Shown: positions 25,892 to 35,643, counted from the stretch's first letter. The stretch: DNA of 64,000 nt from Candidatus Eiseniibacteriota bacterium (GCA_005893305.1 VBOZ01000033.1:79058-143057), one strand, 5' to 3'. A program made the numbers and translations. Notes: generated by a model from the letters alone, not told the origin.

Positions 25892-28100
25892 GCGGGTGAC
25901 GGTCGAGGGCTTCGGCCCCCTGGTGAACTTCGACGCGAACCTCGAGCCGAAGCGGCTCAACCTGTTCATCGGACCGAACGAATCCGGGAAGTCGTCGCTC
26001 GCCGCCGCCCTGGTTTCCACACTCTTCGGTTTCCCATCACTCGAATCGGAGGAGCTCGCCCGTCCGTGGAACGGGGCCAAGCACAAGGCCTCCGTTACGT
26101 TCTCTGCCGTCACCGGCCGGTATCGCGTCACGAGGGAATTCGACTCCCACGAGGTCCAGGTCGACCGGCTCCGCGACGGCTCCGCCGAAGTCGAGTCCTC
26201 CGTATTTCGCGGCGCGGCGAACCCGCGCGGGCGGAGCGCCGAGCAGCTCCAGTACGAGGAGCTCCTCCGCGGCTGGTTCGGCTTCACCGAGGCGCGGCTG
26301 TTCCGAGAATCGTCCTTCGTCCACGAGAGCGCGCTCGAGACCCAGGTCAGCCCCGAGCTCCGGCATCTGGTCTCCGGCGCGGTCGAGGCGGACTACCAGC
26401 AGATCCAGGACGCGCTGATGGAGCGGCTCGACTCGCTCACCAAGGATCACCCCTTCGACGCCCGCGCCCGGAAGCGCTCGAATCGCTCGATCGAGAATCG
26501 GATCGAGCGCATCCAGGGGCTTCGCGACCGGCGGAGCCGCTCGGAATACGTGCTGACCGAGCTCAAGACCCGGAGCAAGGAGCGGGAAGAGATCGAGGGA
26601 CGTCTCCTCGACCTCCGCGCAGATCTCGCGGCCAAGGAGCAGCTCCGCGCCGACCTGGAATCGTGGCTCTCGCTCCGCGAGGAGCAGCGCAAGCTCCTGA
26701 AGCGCGCGCCCGCCATCGGGCAGGAGCTGGTCACCGCCCGCCGCGCGCGCACCCAAGTCCAGGACATGGATCGGAAGATCGCCGAGACGCTCGGTTATCT
26801 GGCGAACGCGCCGGAGGAGGTCGAGACGGACCTCATGCGGCTCGGGATGCTCCGCGCCCAGCGCGCCCGCCATCAGAAATCGACCGAGGACGAGAGGCGG
26901 ATGCTCGATGCCCCGGCCCGGAAATCGAGCGCGGGCGCCGTCGGGGTCGGGGTGCTCTTGGCGGCTCTGTTCGGCGCCGGCGCGTGGTTCGCGATCCACC
27001 AGCCGTTCGCGGTGGGAGGAGCCGCCGCGGTCGGCTTCGGCCTGGGGCTCCTGATCGGGCGTCGCCGGGGGAGCAGCAAGGGCCAGCGGTCCCGCGAGCT
27101 CGGCGAAGCCCACATCCGCGTGCTCGAGGAGAATATCCGCACGGTGGGCCAGGAGATCGACGGGGTCGAGATCCGGGTGAATCCATACCTCGCGGGGCGG
27201 ACGGTGGAGGTGGTGCTGGAGGACGTCAAGCGCCACCGCGCCGCGATCCAGGAGCGGCGCGAAGCCGCCGCGGTGCTCCACTCGCTCCCGACCCCCGAGC
27301 GGCTGGAGGCGGAGTCGAAGGAGATCGACGAAGCCGTGGCGAGCCTGCGATCCAAGGAGAAGCTCCTGCTCCAGCAGTCCCCGTTCCTGGCGCCGCTGCG
27401 CGAGGATCCCGTCAGGGCCGCGGAGGCCGCGGAGAAGCTGAAGCGGGAGGCCACGGCGCTTCGCACCAAGCTCGAGGCCGAGCAGGAATCGCTCGACGCG
27501 TTCCTGAGACGGGCCGGAGGCGGGGAGGGCGACGCGGAGAACCTCGAGTCCCTGGATGAGATGATCGTGACCGAAGAGGAAGTGCTCGGTCGCGAGGAGC
27601 GTCAGCGGGCCGCCCTCCTCCTGGCCCTCGAGGTGCTCCGCGACTCGGTGCAGGCCTATCAGCGGGAGCACGTCGGCCGGTTGGCGAGCCAGGCGGAAGC
27701 GACCTTCCGCCGGCTGACCAACGGCAAATACACGAAAGTGGCCCTGAACGCCGACTTTCAACCCACGCTGGCGACCGCCGACCACGAAAACGTCCCGCTC
27801 GAGTCGTTGAGCCGGGGCGCACGGGACGCTTTCTACCTCTCCCTCCGGGCCGCGCTCGCACGGGAGCTCGCCGCGCGGGAGCCACTTCCGCTGTTGCTCG
27901 ACGACCCCATCGCCCACTTCGACGAGGAGCGCCGCGGGTTCCTTCTGGGCGTACTCGAGGAGCTCGCGAGCGAGATCCAGGTCGTCCTCCTGACCCACGA
28001 CCGCCGGGTCCTCAACAACGTCCGGGAAGCCCACGTCCTGGGCGTCGGAACTTCGTCACCCACCAAGGATTCCGGCCGAAAGATCGAGATCCGGCGCTGA
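25881..28100 (+). CDS. SbcC/YhaN-like SMC-family ATPase with central TM hairpin
   Basis: Walker A GPNESGKS, coiled coils, signature LSRG, Walker B LLLDDP, THD; two hydrophobic helices mid-protein. Confidence 0.88.
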   Translation: MRIERVTVEGFGPLVNFDANLEPKRLNLFIGPNESGKSSLAAALVSTLFGFPSLESEELARPWNGAKHKASVTFSAVTGRYRVTREFDSHEVQVDRLRDGSAEVESSVFRGAANPRGRSAEQLQYEELLRGWFGFTEARLFRESSFVHESALETQVSPELRHLVSGAVEADYQQIQDALMERLDSLTKDHPFDARARKRSNRSIENRIERIQGLRDRRSRSEYVLTELKTRSKEREEIEGRLLDLRADLAAKEQLRADLESWLSLREEQRKLLKRAPAIGQELVTARRARTQVQDMDRKIAETLGYLANAPEEVETDLMRLGMLRAQRARHQKSTEDERRMLDAPARKSSAGAVGVGVLLAALFGAGAWFAIHQPFAVGGAAAVGFGLGLLIGRRRGSSKGQRSRELGEAHIRVLEENIRTVGQEIDGVEIRVNPYLAGRTVEVVLEDVKRHRAAIQERREAAAVLHSLPTPERLEAESKEIDEAVASLRSKEKLLLQQSPFLAPLREDPVRAAEAAEKLKREATALRTKLEAEQESLDAFLRRAGGGEGDAENLESLDEMIVTEEEVLGREERQRAALLLALEVLRDSVQAYQREHVGRLASQAEATFRRLTNGKYTKVALNADFQPTLATADHENVPLESLSRGARDAFYLSLRAALARELAAREPLPLLLDDPIAHFDEERRGFLLGVLEELASEIQVVLLTHDRRVLNNVREAHVLGVGTSSPTKDSGRKIEIRR

Positions 28101-28110
28101 CATAAAGCGC

Positions 28111-28138
28111 TCAAGGTGTGGCTGGAAAAAGCCGACGT
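28111..28138 (+). promoter_or_regulatory. Sigma-28-like promoter
   Basis: TCAAG-N16-CCGACGT, ending 9 nt before the HEAT gene ATG. Confidence 0.5.
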
Positions 28139-28147
28139 TCAAGCTGT

Positions 28148-29983
28148 ATGACTACCCCTACGCCTGCCGCGAAGCCGGCCACACCCGCGAAGCCGGGAAC
28201 CCCTGAGCAACGGTCCGACCTGATCCGCGATCAGGTGCTCGCGCTCGACGTGAAGCGCGTCGCCGACTGGATCGCGGCGCTCATCCGGACGATCAAGGCG
28301 GGCCGCACCTATCCGGCGAACAGCCCGACCCTCCATAAATTCCAGGTCGAGCTGGAGTCGCGGACGTGGTCGTGCCTCAAGGAAGTCGGCGACATCACGC
28401 TCGTCGTGCAGCAGTTCGATCTCCTCTACGAGAACTACTCCGTCTATCACAACGCGGACCGGAACGATTCCCTCGCGTTTCGCTTCTACGGAGACGGCGT
28501 TCGCGAGATCACGTTCCGCGAAGGCCTCGAGCCGCACGAGCTGCGCGGATTCCTCGACGTATTGAAGCGCGCGGTCGAGACGGCCCAGGTACAGGACGAC
28601 GTCGTCACGCTCCTCTGGGAGCGGGATTTCCGGCACATCGATTACCTCTTCATCTCTCTCGAAGACCTCACGGAGGAGTCGGGCCAGGTTTCGCTCGAGC
28701 CACTGGACGAGGGGCAAGAGGGCGGGATTCCGTGGCCGACCCGCGGCCTTGAGGACGAGGAGCCACCCCCTGGCGACGCGGCGCCCGAGCGTTCGGACGA
28801 TTGGGTCCCGAAGGTCGAAATGTCGCCGACGTGGGACGAGTCGATCGGAGTCCAGTTCGCGCTCAGCGAGGAAGAGAACGCCGCTTTGGAAGAGGAAATC
28901 CGCAAGGAGGAGCAGCGGGGGCTCACCAGCGAGGTCCTCGAGATCGTGGCCACGATTCTGGCGGCCGAGGAGACCCCAGCCGGATTCCTGGATTCCGCCT
29001 CCGCCTTCCAGCGCTTCATCGAGCTCGCGATCGAGGAGGGCGCGATCGGACGCGCGAACGAGCTGACCGCCCGTCTTCGCGCCATCGCGGCGAAGAAGGC
29101 CGAGACGGAGGCCGAGTTCCAGGGCATCGCAGAGCAAGTAATCCGAGAAATCGGACGACCCAGCTTCCTCGGGCAGATGGCCCCCACCCTCAATTCCCAC
29201 GCTGAAATCGACCCTGGCGTATTGACCAACTTCCTTGTGCAGCTCGGCTCCTCGGCCGCCCCGGCGATCTGCGACCTGCTCGGACAGGTCAACCAAGTGC
29301 GGTACCGGCGCGCCCTCTGCGAGTCGCTCGCCATCTCCTGCCGGGACGACGTGGAGGTGTTGATCGAACGGCTGAACGACACCCGCTGGTACGTGATCCG
29401 GAACATCGTCTACATCCTGGGCCGGATCGCGCATCAGGGCGTCGAGCGCGCGCTGGACCGGACGCTCCACCACGAGGACGTGCGCGTCCGGAAGGAAGCG
29501 GTCCGGGCCCTCGGCAATATCGAGAGCTCGACGAGCCGCGCGTACCTGGTCTCCGCGTTCAAGGACCCCGACGCGGGCGTCCGAATTCAGGCGGCGATGA
29601 CGTTGGCGGCGAAGCGGGACGACCGGGCGGCGCAGAGCATCCTGGGCATGATCCAGGGGCCCGATTTCATGCGGCGCGACTCGAACGAGCGCGAGGCGTT
29701 CTTCGAGGCGCTCGGGCGCTGCGGGTCCGACACGCTCGTGCCGAAGCTGGAGGCGATCCTCACCAAGGGCGGCCTCTTCGGGCCCGGCAACGAGGAGGAA
29801 CGGCTGCACGCGGCGCTCGCGATGGCGTGGCTGGGGACGCCGGCGGCCCTCGCGATTTTAAATCGAGAGATCCAGAGCAAGCGTGATCCAGTGCGTCGGG
29901 CGGTCGAGACCGCCCTGGCGGCGGTGCGAAAGGCGGCGCTCGCCCGTCCCGAGACCAGGCGCGGCCCCGGGGAGGGAGAATGA
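28148..29983 (+). CDS. HEAT repeat protein with uncharacterised N-terminal domain
   Basis: DTRWYVIRNIVYILG, HEDVRVRKEAVRALG, DPDAGVRIQAA. Confidence 0.88.
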   Translation: MTTPTPAAKPATPAKPGTPEQRSDLIRDQVLALDVKRVADWIAALIRTIKAGRTYPANSPTLHKFQVELESRTWSCLKEVGDITLVVQQFDLLYENYSVYHNADRNDSLAFRFYGDGVREITFREGLEPHELRGFLDVLKRAVETAQVQDDVVTLLWERDFRHIDYLFISLEDLTEESGQVSLEPLDEGQEGGIPWPTRGLEDEEPPPGDAAPERSDDWVPKVEMSPTWDESIGVQFALSEEENAALEEEIRKEEQRGLTSEVLEIVATILAAEETPAGFLDSASAFQRFIELAIEEGAIGRANELTARLRAIAAKKAETEAEFQGIAEQVIREIGRPSFLGQMAPTLNSHAEIDPGVLTNFLVQLGSSAAPAICDLLGQVNQVRYRRALCESLAISCRDDVEVLIERLNDTRWYVIRNIVYILGRIAHQGVERALDRTLHHEDVRVRKEAVRALGNIESSTSRAYLVSAFKDPDAGVRIQAAMTLAAKRDDRAAQSILGMIQGPDFMRRDSNEREAFFEALGRCGSDTLVPKLEAILTKGGLFGPGNEEERLHAALAMAWLGTPAALAILNREIQSKRDPVRRAVETALAAVRKAALARPETRRGPGEGE

Positions 29984-31446
29984 CCGAAGCCAGGCCTGCG
30001 TCCGCGCCGCGTCCCCAAGACGAGATTTCTTCGCGCGTCATCCTGGCGGGGCGGAACCTCTCGATCCAGCTCTGCGTCCTCATCAAGACGGCGCGGATCC
30101 ACGATGTCGGGAACATCGCCTTCCAGGGGCCGCTCACGAATTTCATCGAGACCGTCGATCAGATGTGGACGGCCGAGAAGGATTTCAAGCTCCAGGCGGT
30201 CGGGGATTTCCTCTATCTCGGCCAGCACCGTCTCCGGGTCGACGCGTCGTCCTATCCGAGCTATCAGTTCCTCATCGACGAATTCCGCGTGCGGGACCTG
30301 AGCGGCTTCTCGTTCGCCGGAAAGCTCACGCCGCCCGAGGTGAAGAAGTTCGTCCGCCTGTTCCTGGACGTGGACGTGAAGGCGGCGGATCCGTTCGAGG
30401 AGTTCAGCACCGCCCTGACCAAGCTCTCGGTCCAGCGCATCATCCCGATCCGGACCGTCGTCCCGCAGCACGGCATGGTCAGCCAGGAAGAGGTGCGGGA
30501 CAGCCGGAAGGCCGCCAAGCGGTCGTTCTACCGGGCCATCGAGTCCGCGCGGACCGTGATGTTGAGCGCGCGCGACCACCGGCCCGTCGATCTCAGGAAA
30601 GCGAAGCGCGCCGTGCAGGGGATCGTCGACCTGATCCTCGACGAGGAGTTTTCACTCATCGGGCTCACGGCGATCAAGAATCACGACGAATACACGTTCC
30701 AGCACTGCGTCAACGTGTCGATCCTCTCGATCGCATTAGGCCAGCGGCTCGGTCTCTCGAAGAAACTGCTCGGAGAACTGGGCGTGGCCGCTATGCTCCA
30801 CGACCTCGGCAAAGCCTCCATCCCGCCCTGGGTGCTCAACAAGCCCGGCAAGCTCACGCAGGAGGAGTGGAAGCTCATGCTCGACCACCCCATCCAGGGT
30901 GTGAAGATGATCGCGCGCATGCGGGGCCTGAACGAGCTCGCGCTTCGCTCGATGATCGTGGCGTACGAGCACCACATCAACTACGACAGGAGCGGCTATC
31001 CGAGCTTGAAGGGGCATATGGAGCAGTGCCTCTTCAGCAAGATCGTCGCGATCGCGGACTGCTTCGACGCGATGACCGCGCACAGGGCGTACCGGAAGAC
31101 CCCGTTCCCGCCGTTTGCCGCGCTCCATCAGATCATTTCCCAGAACCAGGAGAAGTTCGACCCGCTCCTGCTCAAGGCCTTCATCAACACGGTCGGCATG
31201 TACCCGGCCGGCACGGTCGTCCTGCTCGACACCAACGAGATCGCGGTCGTGACCACGCACAACGCGCATGACATCTTCCGGCCCAAGGTGCAGGTCGTCG
31301 CCGACAAGGACCGGAAGCCGGTTCAGGGCGGTGCCGCGATCGACCTGAGCACCCGCGAGGAGGAGAGCGGCGCGTACGCTGTCACGATCGTCTCCGCCCT
31401 CGACCCCGACGAGTACGGGATCAACATCGCCGACGTCTTGAACTAG
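29980..31446 (+). CDS. HD-GYP domain phosphodiesterase
   Basis: DEYTFQHCVNV, MLHDLGK, EHHINYDRSGYP, ADCFDAMT; ATGA-coupled to the HEAT gene. Confidence 0.9.
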   Translation: MTEARPASAPRPQDEISSRVILAGRNLSIQLCVLIKTARIHDVGNIAFQGPLTNFIETVDQMWTAEKDFKLQAVGDFLYLGQHRLRVDASSYPSYQFLIDEFRVRDLSGFSFAGKLTPPEVKKFVRLFLDVDVKAADPFEEFSTALTKLSVQRIIPIRTVVPQHGMVSQEEVRDSRKAAKRSFYRAIESARTVMLSARDHRPVDLRKAKRAVQGIVDLILDEEFSLIGLTAIKNHDEYTFQHCVNVSILSIALGQRLGLSKKLLGELGVAAMLHDLGKASIPPWVLNKPGKLTQEEWKLMLDHPIQGVKMIARMRGLNELALRSMIVAYEHHINYDRSGYPSLKGHMEQCLFSKIVAIADCFDAMTAHRAYRKTPFPPFAALHQIISQNQEKFDPLLLKAFINTVGMYPAGTVVLLDTNEIAVVTTHNAHDIFRPKVQVVADKDRKPVQGGAAIDLSTREEESGAYAVTIVSALDPDEYGINIADVLN

Positions 31447-31502
31447 GCTCGAGCCGCTCCGTCGCTGACTCCGCGGCGCCTGCGCGCACGCTCCGCCCCG
31501 CC

Positions 31503-31531
31503 TTGACGCCCGCCGTCCTTCCGCGTAAACT
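31503..31531 (+). promoter_or_regulatory. Sigma-70 promoter
   Basis: TTGACG-N17-TAAACT. Confidence 0.65.
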
Positions 31532-31557
31532 CGCGTCGTTGCTAGACTTTCCCCTTA

Positions 31558-32964
31558 TTGGGAGACCCACCGTTGTCGTTGCGCCGCCCGCGCGCCCTCA
31601 TCGTGGACAAGGATTCGTCCGAGACCGCCGAGCTCCAGGCCTTCCTCACGGCCGGGGGCTTCGACGTGCATTGGGCCAAGGACGGCGAGCAGGCCTATAA
31701 CGTCCTCGACGGCGCCTGGCCCCAAGCGGCCGGCGAGCCGGGCCGAGGGCCCGAGGTCGTCATCGCGGAGCTCAAGGCGCACCGCGTCGACGGGTTGCGC
31801 CTCCTCCAGGTGGCCAAACAGCGGAATCCCGAGGTCTGCGTCATCCTGATCGCCGACCAGGGGACCGTGGAGCTCGCCACCGAGGCGATGCGGGAGGGGG
31901 CCTACGACTTCCAGCTCCGTCCGCTCAACCTCACCAAGATGCTCGCCGTGATCCGGCGCGCGATATCGCACCAGGAGCTGGTTCACCGCGCGGAGGATCT
32001 GGCGGTCCAACTCGACGAGCGCCTCCGCGTTCCGACCCTGACCGGGCACTCGCGGGTCATGCAGGAGCTGCAGGACAAGATTCTCCAGATCGCGCCGACG
32101 CGCGCGACCGTCTTGATCTACGGCGAGACCGGCACGGGCAAGGAGCTGATCGCACAGGCCATCCACCGGCTCTCGCCCCGGAAGGACGAGCGGTTCGTGA
32201 AGCTCCACTGCGCCGAGCTGTCCGAGAACATCATCGAAAGCGAGCTCTTCGGCCACGAGCGCGGTTCGTTCACCGGCGCCGACCAGCAGCGGAAGGGGCG
32301 GTTCGAGCTGGCGGACCAGGGGACGCTCTTCATCGACGAGATCTCGGACATTCCGGCGCCCGTACAGACGAAGCTGCTGCGCGTTCTTCAAGACCGCCAA
32401 TTCGAGCGCGTCGGCGGGAACGACACGGTCCAGGTCGACGTGCGGATCATCGCCGCCACGAACCGGCGGCTCGAGATCATGGCGGCCCGGGGCCAGTTCC
32501 GCGAGGACCTCTACTATCGCCTGCGCGTCCTCCTCCTCGAGGTGCCGCCGCTCCGGGAGCGCCGCGAGGACATTCCGGCGCTCCTCGAGACGTTCATCAA
32601 GGAATTCAATCGGGAGCACGGGCGAAAGGTGACCGGCGTGACGCGCGGGGTCGTGGACCGGCTGATGCAGTACGAGTGGCCGGGCAACGTCCGCGAGCTT
32701 CGGAACACGGTCGAGGAGATGGTGATCTTCGCCCAGGGGAAACGCCTCCTCGACGTCTCGGACCTTCCGATTTCGCTCCGGCACCAACGGACCCCGACCG
32801 CCGCGGACATGAACCTCTCGGTCGGGATGTCGATGCCGGAGATCGAGCGGGCGGTGCTCGAGGCGACGCTCCGTTCCGTGGGCCACGACAAGCAGCGCGC
32901 GGCGAAGATCCTCGGCATCGGGCTTCGGACCCTCTACCGAAAGCAGAAGGAGTACGGGCTGTGA
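31558..32964 (+). CDS. Sigma-54-dependent activator (REC-AAA+-Fis HTH) with atypical receiver
   Basis: GETGTGKE, ESELFGHERGSFTGA, LFIDEI, FREDLYYRL, WPGNVREL, AAKILGIGLRTLYRK. Confidence 0.93.
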   Translation: MGDPPLSLRRPRALIVDKDSSETAELQAFLTAGGFDVHWAKDGEQAYNVLDGAWPQAAGEPGRGPEVVIAELKAHRVDGLRLLQVAKQRNPEVCVILIADQGTVELATEAMREGAYDFQLRPLNLTKMLAVIRRAISHQELVHRAEDLAVQLDERLRVPTLTGHSRVMQELQDKILQIAPTRATVLIYGETGTGKELIAQAIHRLSPRKDERFVKLHCAELSENIIESELFGHERGSFTGADQQRKGRFELADQGTLFIDEISDIPAPVQTKLLRVLQDRQFERVGGNDTVQVDVRIIAATNRRLEIMAARGQFREDLYYRLRVLLLEVPPLRERREDIPALLETFIKEFNREHGRKVTGVTRGVVDRLMQYEWPGNVRELRNTVEEMVIFAQGKRLLDVSDLPISLRHQRTPTAADMNLSVGMSMPEIERAVLEATLRSVGHDKQRAAKILGIGLRTLYRKQKEYGL

Positions 32965-32989
32965 GCGCCGCTCGGCGGGACTCGACCGG

Positions 32990-35335
32990 CTAGGGGCGGG
33001 CGCCCGTCGTCGATCCGCGCCCCTTCCGCATGTTCGCCTCGATCCGCGCGATCTCGTCCTGGAGGAGTCTCACCTGCCCGGGATCCTGCGCGAGGCCCGC
33101 CGCCTCCCGCAGCGCGGCCAGACCGTCCGCGGGACGCTGCAGATGGTTCAGGTAAATGACGGCCATGTCCCGCCGGGCGTTTCCCCGGTCCGGGTGGCCT
33201 TCGGGCACCATCTGCAGGGCCTGGACCGCGTCCTCGTACCGCCCCAGGTCGCTCAACGCCGCGCCTAAGTTCACGAGAATCTTCGGATCGTTGGAGATCT
33301 CGTAGGCGGCCGTGAATTCCTTGAGGCACTCCTCCTTGCGGCCCAGCTCGTGCAGCGCCATCGCGTGGTAGACGTGAATCATGGGATCCCTCGGCGCCGC
33401 GAGGAGGCCCGCGGCCGCGGCCGATTCCGCCGCGGCGAACCGGCGCAGATTCAGGAGCGCGTAAGCCTGGACCAAGTGGAGCCTTCCGTTCAGCCGCGTC
33501 GCGTCGACCCGAAGCCCCCGACTCGACCACTCTAGAACCCTGTCGAACCGGCCCAGCCGTCCGAAGAGGTTCGCGTAGTCGAAGCACCAGAGGCCGACGC
33601 GGCTGATGCCGCTCGGCCCGGGCATGGCCGCGGCGAAGACGCTGTCGCGCCGGGCCACCGTGCTGATTCCCGACGGCACGCGCCGGATCTCGATCGCGGG
33701 GCCCGAGGATGAGACCGCCTCGCTCCGCCAAACGACGGTCGTGTTCGCGCGGATCCACCGGTAATACGCCGACTCGACCGGGTAGCTCGCCGAGTCCGCG
33801 TCGAAGCGCCGCGTGACCTCGTGCGAGAGGACGTAGTAGTCGAGCCCGTCGAGGAACTCGGGGTGATAGGCGGGCCGGACGAGCGGGACCTGCGTGGCGA
33901 AGAACGGCCAGATCAGCATCGTCCGCTCATCGGGCTGAAAGACCGGGCCGTAGAGCTCGACCGCCATGGGCCGGTCGGTCGGGATGTTCGTGTTGATCCA
34001 CTTGCGCGCGAGGTGGCGCGTGTCGGGAAGGCCCAGCGTATGCCGTGCGACGAAGAACTCCGGGAGCGGCCACGCCACCGCGAGAAGACCCGCGAGCGCC
34101 GGCCCCGCCAGCGCGGCGCGGGACGGGACGCCGGGCCTCGCCCGCAGCCACGTCGCGATCTCCAAAATGGCGATCGCCGCCGCGACGAAGAGGATCGGAA
34201 GGGCGACCAGCATGTAGCGCTCCTGGGCGGCCTTGAGCGCGCCGTTGGCCAGCACCATCACGAGGGGAATCAGGGCCACCGGACGCGCGATAGGACCGCG
34301 GCGCCACAAGAAAACCATCCCGGCGATCGAGAGCAGGTAGGCGGGCCACCCCATGGCGTGCGGGAGGGAGACGGCGAGGTAGGTCGGTAGCGAGAACGGA
34401 AACGCGGTCTGGCCGACCCAGTCCGAGAACAGGGACCGTCGCTGCGACCCGATGTCCGCGAGCGTCATCTTCCAGTCGAGGAACGTGAAGGGCGAGGCCG
34501 CGAGCATCCCCACGAAAACGGCAAGGAGCGCTAGATAGAAATCGCGCTTTCGGAAACAGTCGCGGCCGTGGGCCGCGGCGAGCGGGACGACGAGAACGAG
34601 CGGCACGTACTTGCACGCTCCCGCGAGACCGATCATCGTCCCTGCCAGGAGCGCGTCGCCCGTGCCTCCGCCCTCGGCGACGCGGACCATCGCGAGCGCC
34701 GCGAGGAGGACGAAGAGCAGCGCGAGCAGATTGGGGTCGGCTACGTGCTGCGACGTCATGATGTGGAGCGGGTTTAACGCCAGGAACAAGGCGGCGAGGA
34801 ACCCGGCGATGCGCCCCCCGAAGCGGGATCCGAGGCGAAACGCGAGGAACACGGTCCACGCGCCGATCAGCACGCCCAGTAGCCGCCCGTAGAGGAACAT
34901 GTGGTTCGATCCCGACGCGACGTGGGAAACGAAGTCCGCCACCGTCGAGCCGGGATGCGACATCGAATAGTAGACCTTGTACGTCGTCTGAATGCCCAGA
35001 CCGACGTAGAAGCTGAACGCGGGCCATCCGCCGGTGTGAGGATTCAGGTCGAGCTTCGACCCGCCGTCCCACATCAGCCACGCCCGGCCCATCGTCGTGC
35101 GGTCGGTTTCCTCGACGGCGGAGTCGTCGAGGACGTTGATCCCAAGGCTGGGATCGGGGAGACGGTCGCCGATTCCCCAGATTCGAATCGCGATGGAAAG
35201 GGCGACGAGGGCGACGGCGAGGGCATCGAGTCGGGGCAGGAAGCGCGTGCGCCGGCCGGCCCTGGGGCCCCGCCTGGCCTCGGCTCTCGCCTTGCCTCGA
35301 TTGGAAGTCTGGGTGGTGTGGCGCTTTTTGGCCAT
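32990..35335 (-). CDS. GT-C / family-39 (ArnT/PMT-like) glycosyltransferase with C-terminal TPRs
   Basis: Polytopic membrane core, AGACKY, QERYML; TPR helices (NLGAALSDLGRYEDA); probable ATG 35335 with TATAAT upstream. Confidence 0.8.
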   Translation of the reverse strand: MAKKRHTTQTSNRGKARAEARRGPRAGRRTRFLPRLDALAVALVALSIAIRIWGIGDRLPDPSLGINVLDDSAVEETDRTTMGRAWLMWDGGSKLDLNPHTGGWPAFSFYVGLGIQTTYKVYYSMSHPGSTVADFVSHVASGSNHMFLYGRLLGVLIGAWTVFLAFRLGSRFGGRIAGFLAALFLALNPLHIMTSQHVADPNLLALLFVLLAALAMVRVAEGGGTGDALLAGTMIGLAGACKYVPLVLVVPLAAAHGRDCFRKRDFYLALLAVFVGMLAASPFTFLDWKMTLADIGSQRRSLFSDWVGQTAFPFSLPTYLAVSLPHAMGWPAYLLSIAGMVFLWRRGPIARPVALIPLVMVLANGALKAAQERYMLVALPILFVAAAIAILEIATWLRARPGVPSRAALAGPALAGLLAVAWPLPEFFVARHTLGLPDTRHLARKWINTNIPTDRPMAVELYGPVFQPDERTMLIWPFFATQVPLVRPAYHPEFLDGLDYYVLSHEVTRRFDADSASYPVESAYYRWIRANTTVVWRSEAVSSSGPAIEIRRVPSGISTVARRDSVFAAAMPGPSGISRVGLWCFDYANLFGRLGRFDRVLEWSSRGLRVDATRLNGRLHLVQAYALLNLRRFAAAESAAAAGLLAAPRDPMIHVYHAMALHELGRKEECLKEFTAAYEISNDPKILVNLGAALSDLGRYEDAVQALQMVPEGHPDRGNARRDMAVIYLNHLQRPADGLAALREAAGLAQDPGQVRLLQDEIARIEANMRKGRGSTTGARP

Positions 35336-35541
35336 GAAGGGTCTTAACCCGTGCGAATTATAGGGATTGAACGGCCCGTCCCACAAGCCGGCTGGCAGTC
35401 GTTTCCAGTTCCGTTCTGCCGTTTGGACAAAGTGGCCGAGGACTCCGCCGGCCCGGCGCGCTCGGGGGCCTTCCGTTGGCAATCCGTAACTTAGCCCTCC
35501 GCATTTGCTTGCTGCTCGCTTCGGGCGGGCGCGATCGGGGA

Positions 35542-35556
35542 CGGCACGCCGATTGC
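35542..35556 (+). promoter_or_regulatory. Sigma-54 (-24/-12) promoter upstream of groES
   Basis: CGGCACGCCGATTGC matches YGGCAC-N5-TTGC with GG-N10-GC spacing. Confidence 0.7.
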
Positions 35557-35643
35557 CGCATCTAACCCTCGAAGCGTGGCGGAGGCTCGGGCCTCTGCCC
35601 AATTGTCACGGATCACACACGATACGAAGGGAGTCGAACCATC

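Noticed and set aside
24746..28100. Nuclease-SMC pair as a Lamassu/Wadjet defence system
   Set aside because: No effector, kleisin or kite genes; host-like codon usage; better fit to YhaO/YhaN-type repair pair
35476..35520. Complete CIRCE operator upstream of groES
   Set aside because: No GAGTGCTAA-like right arm at 9-nt spacing
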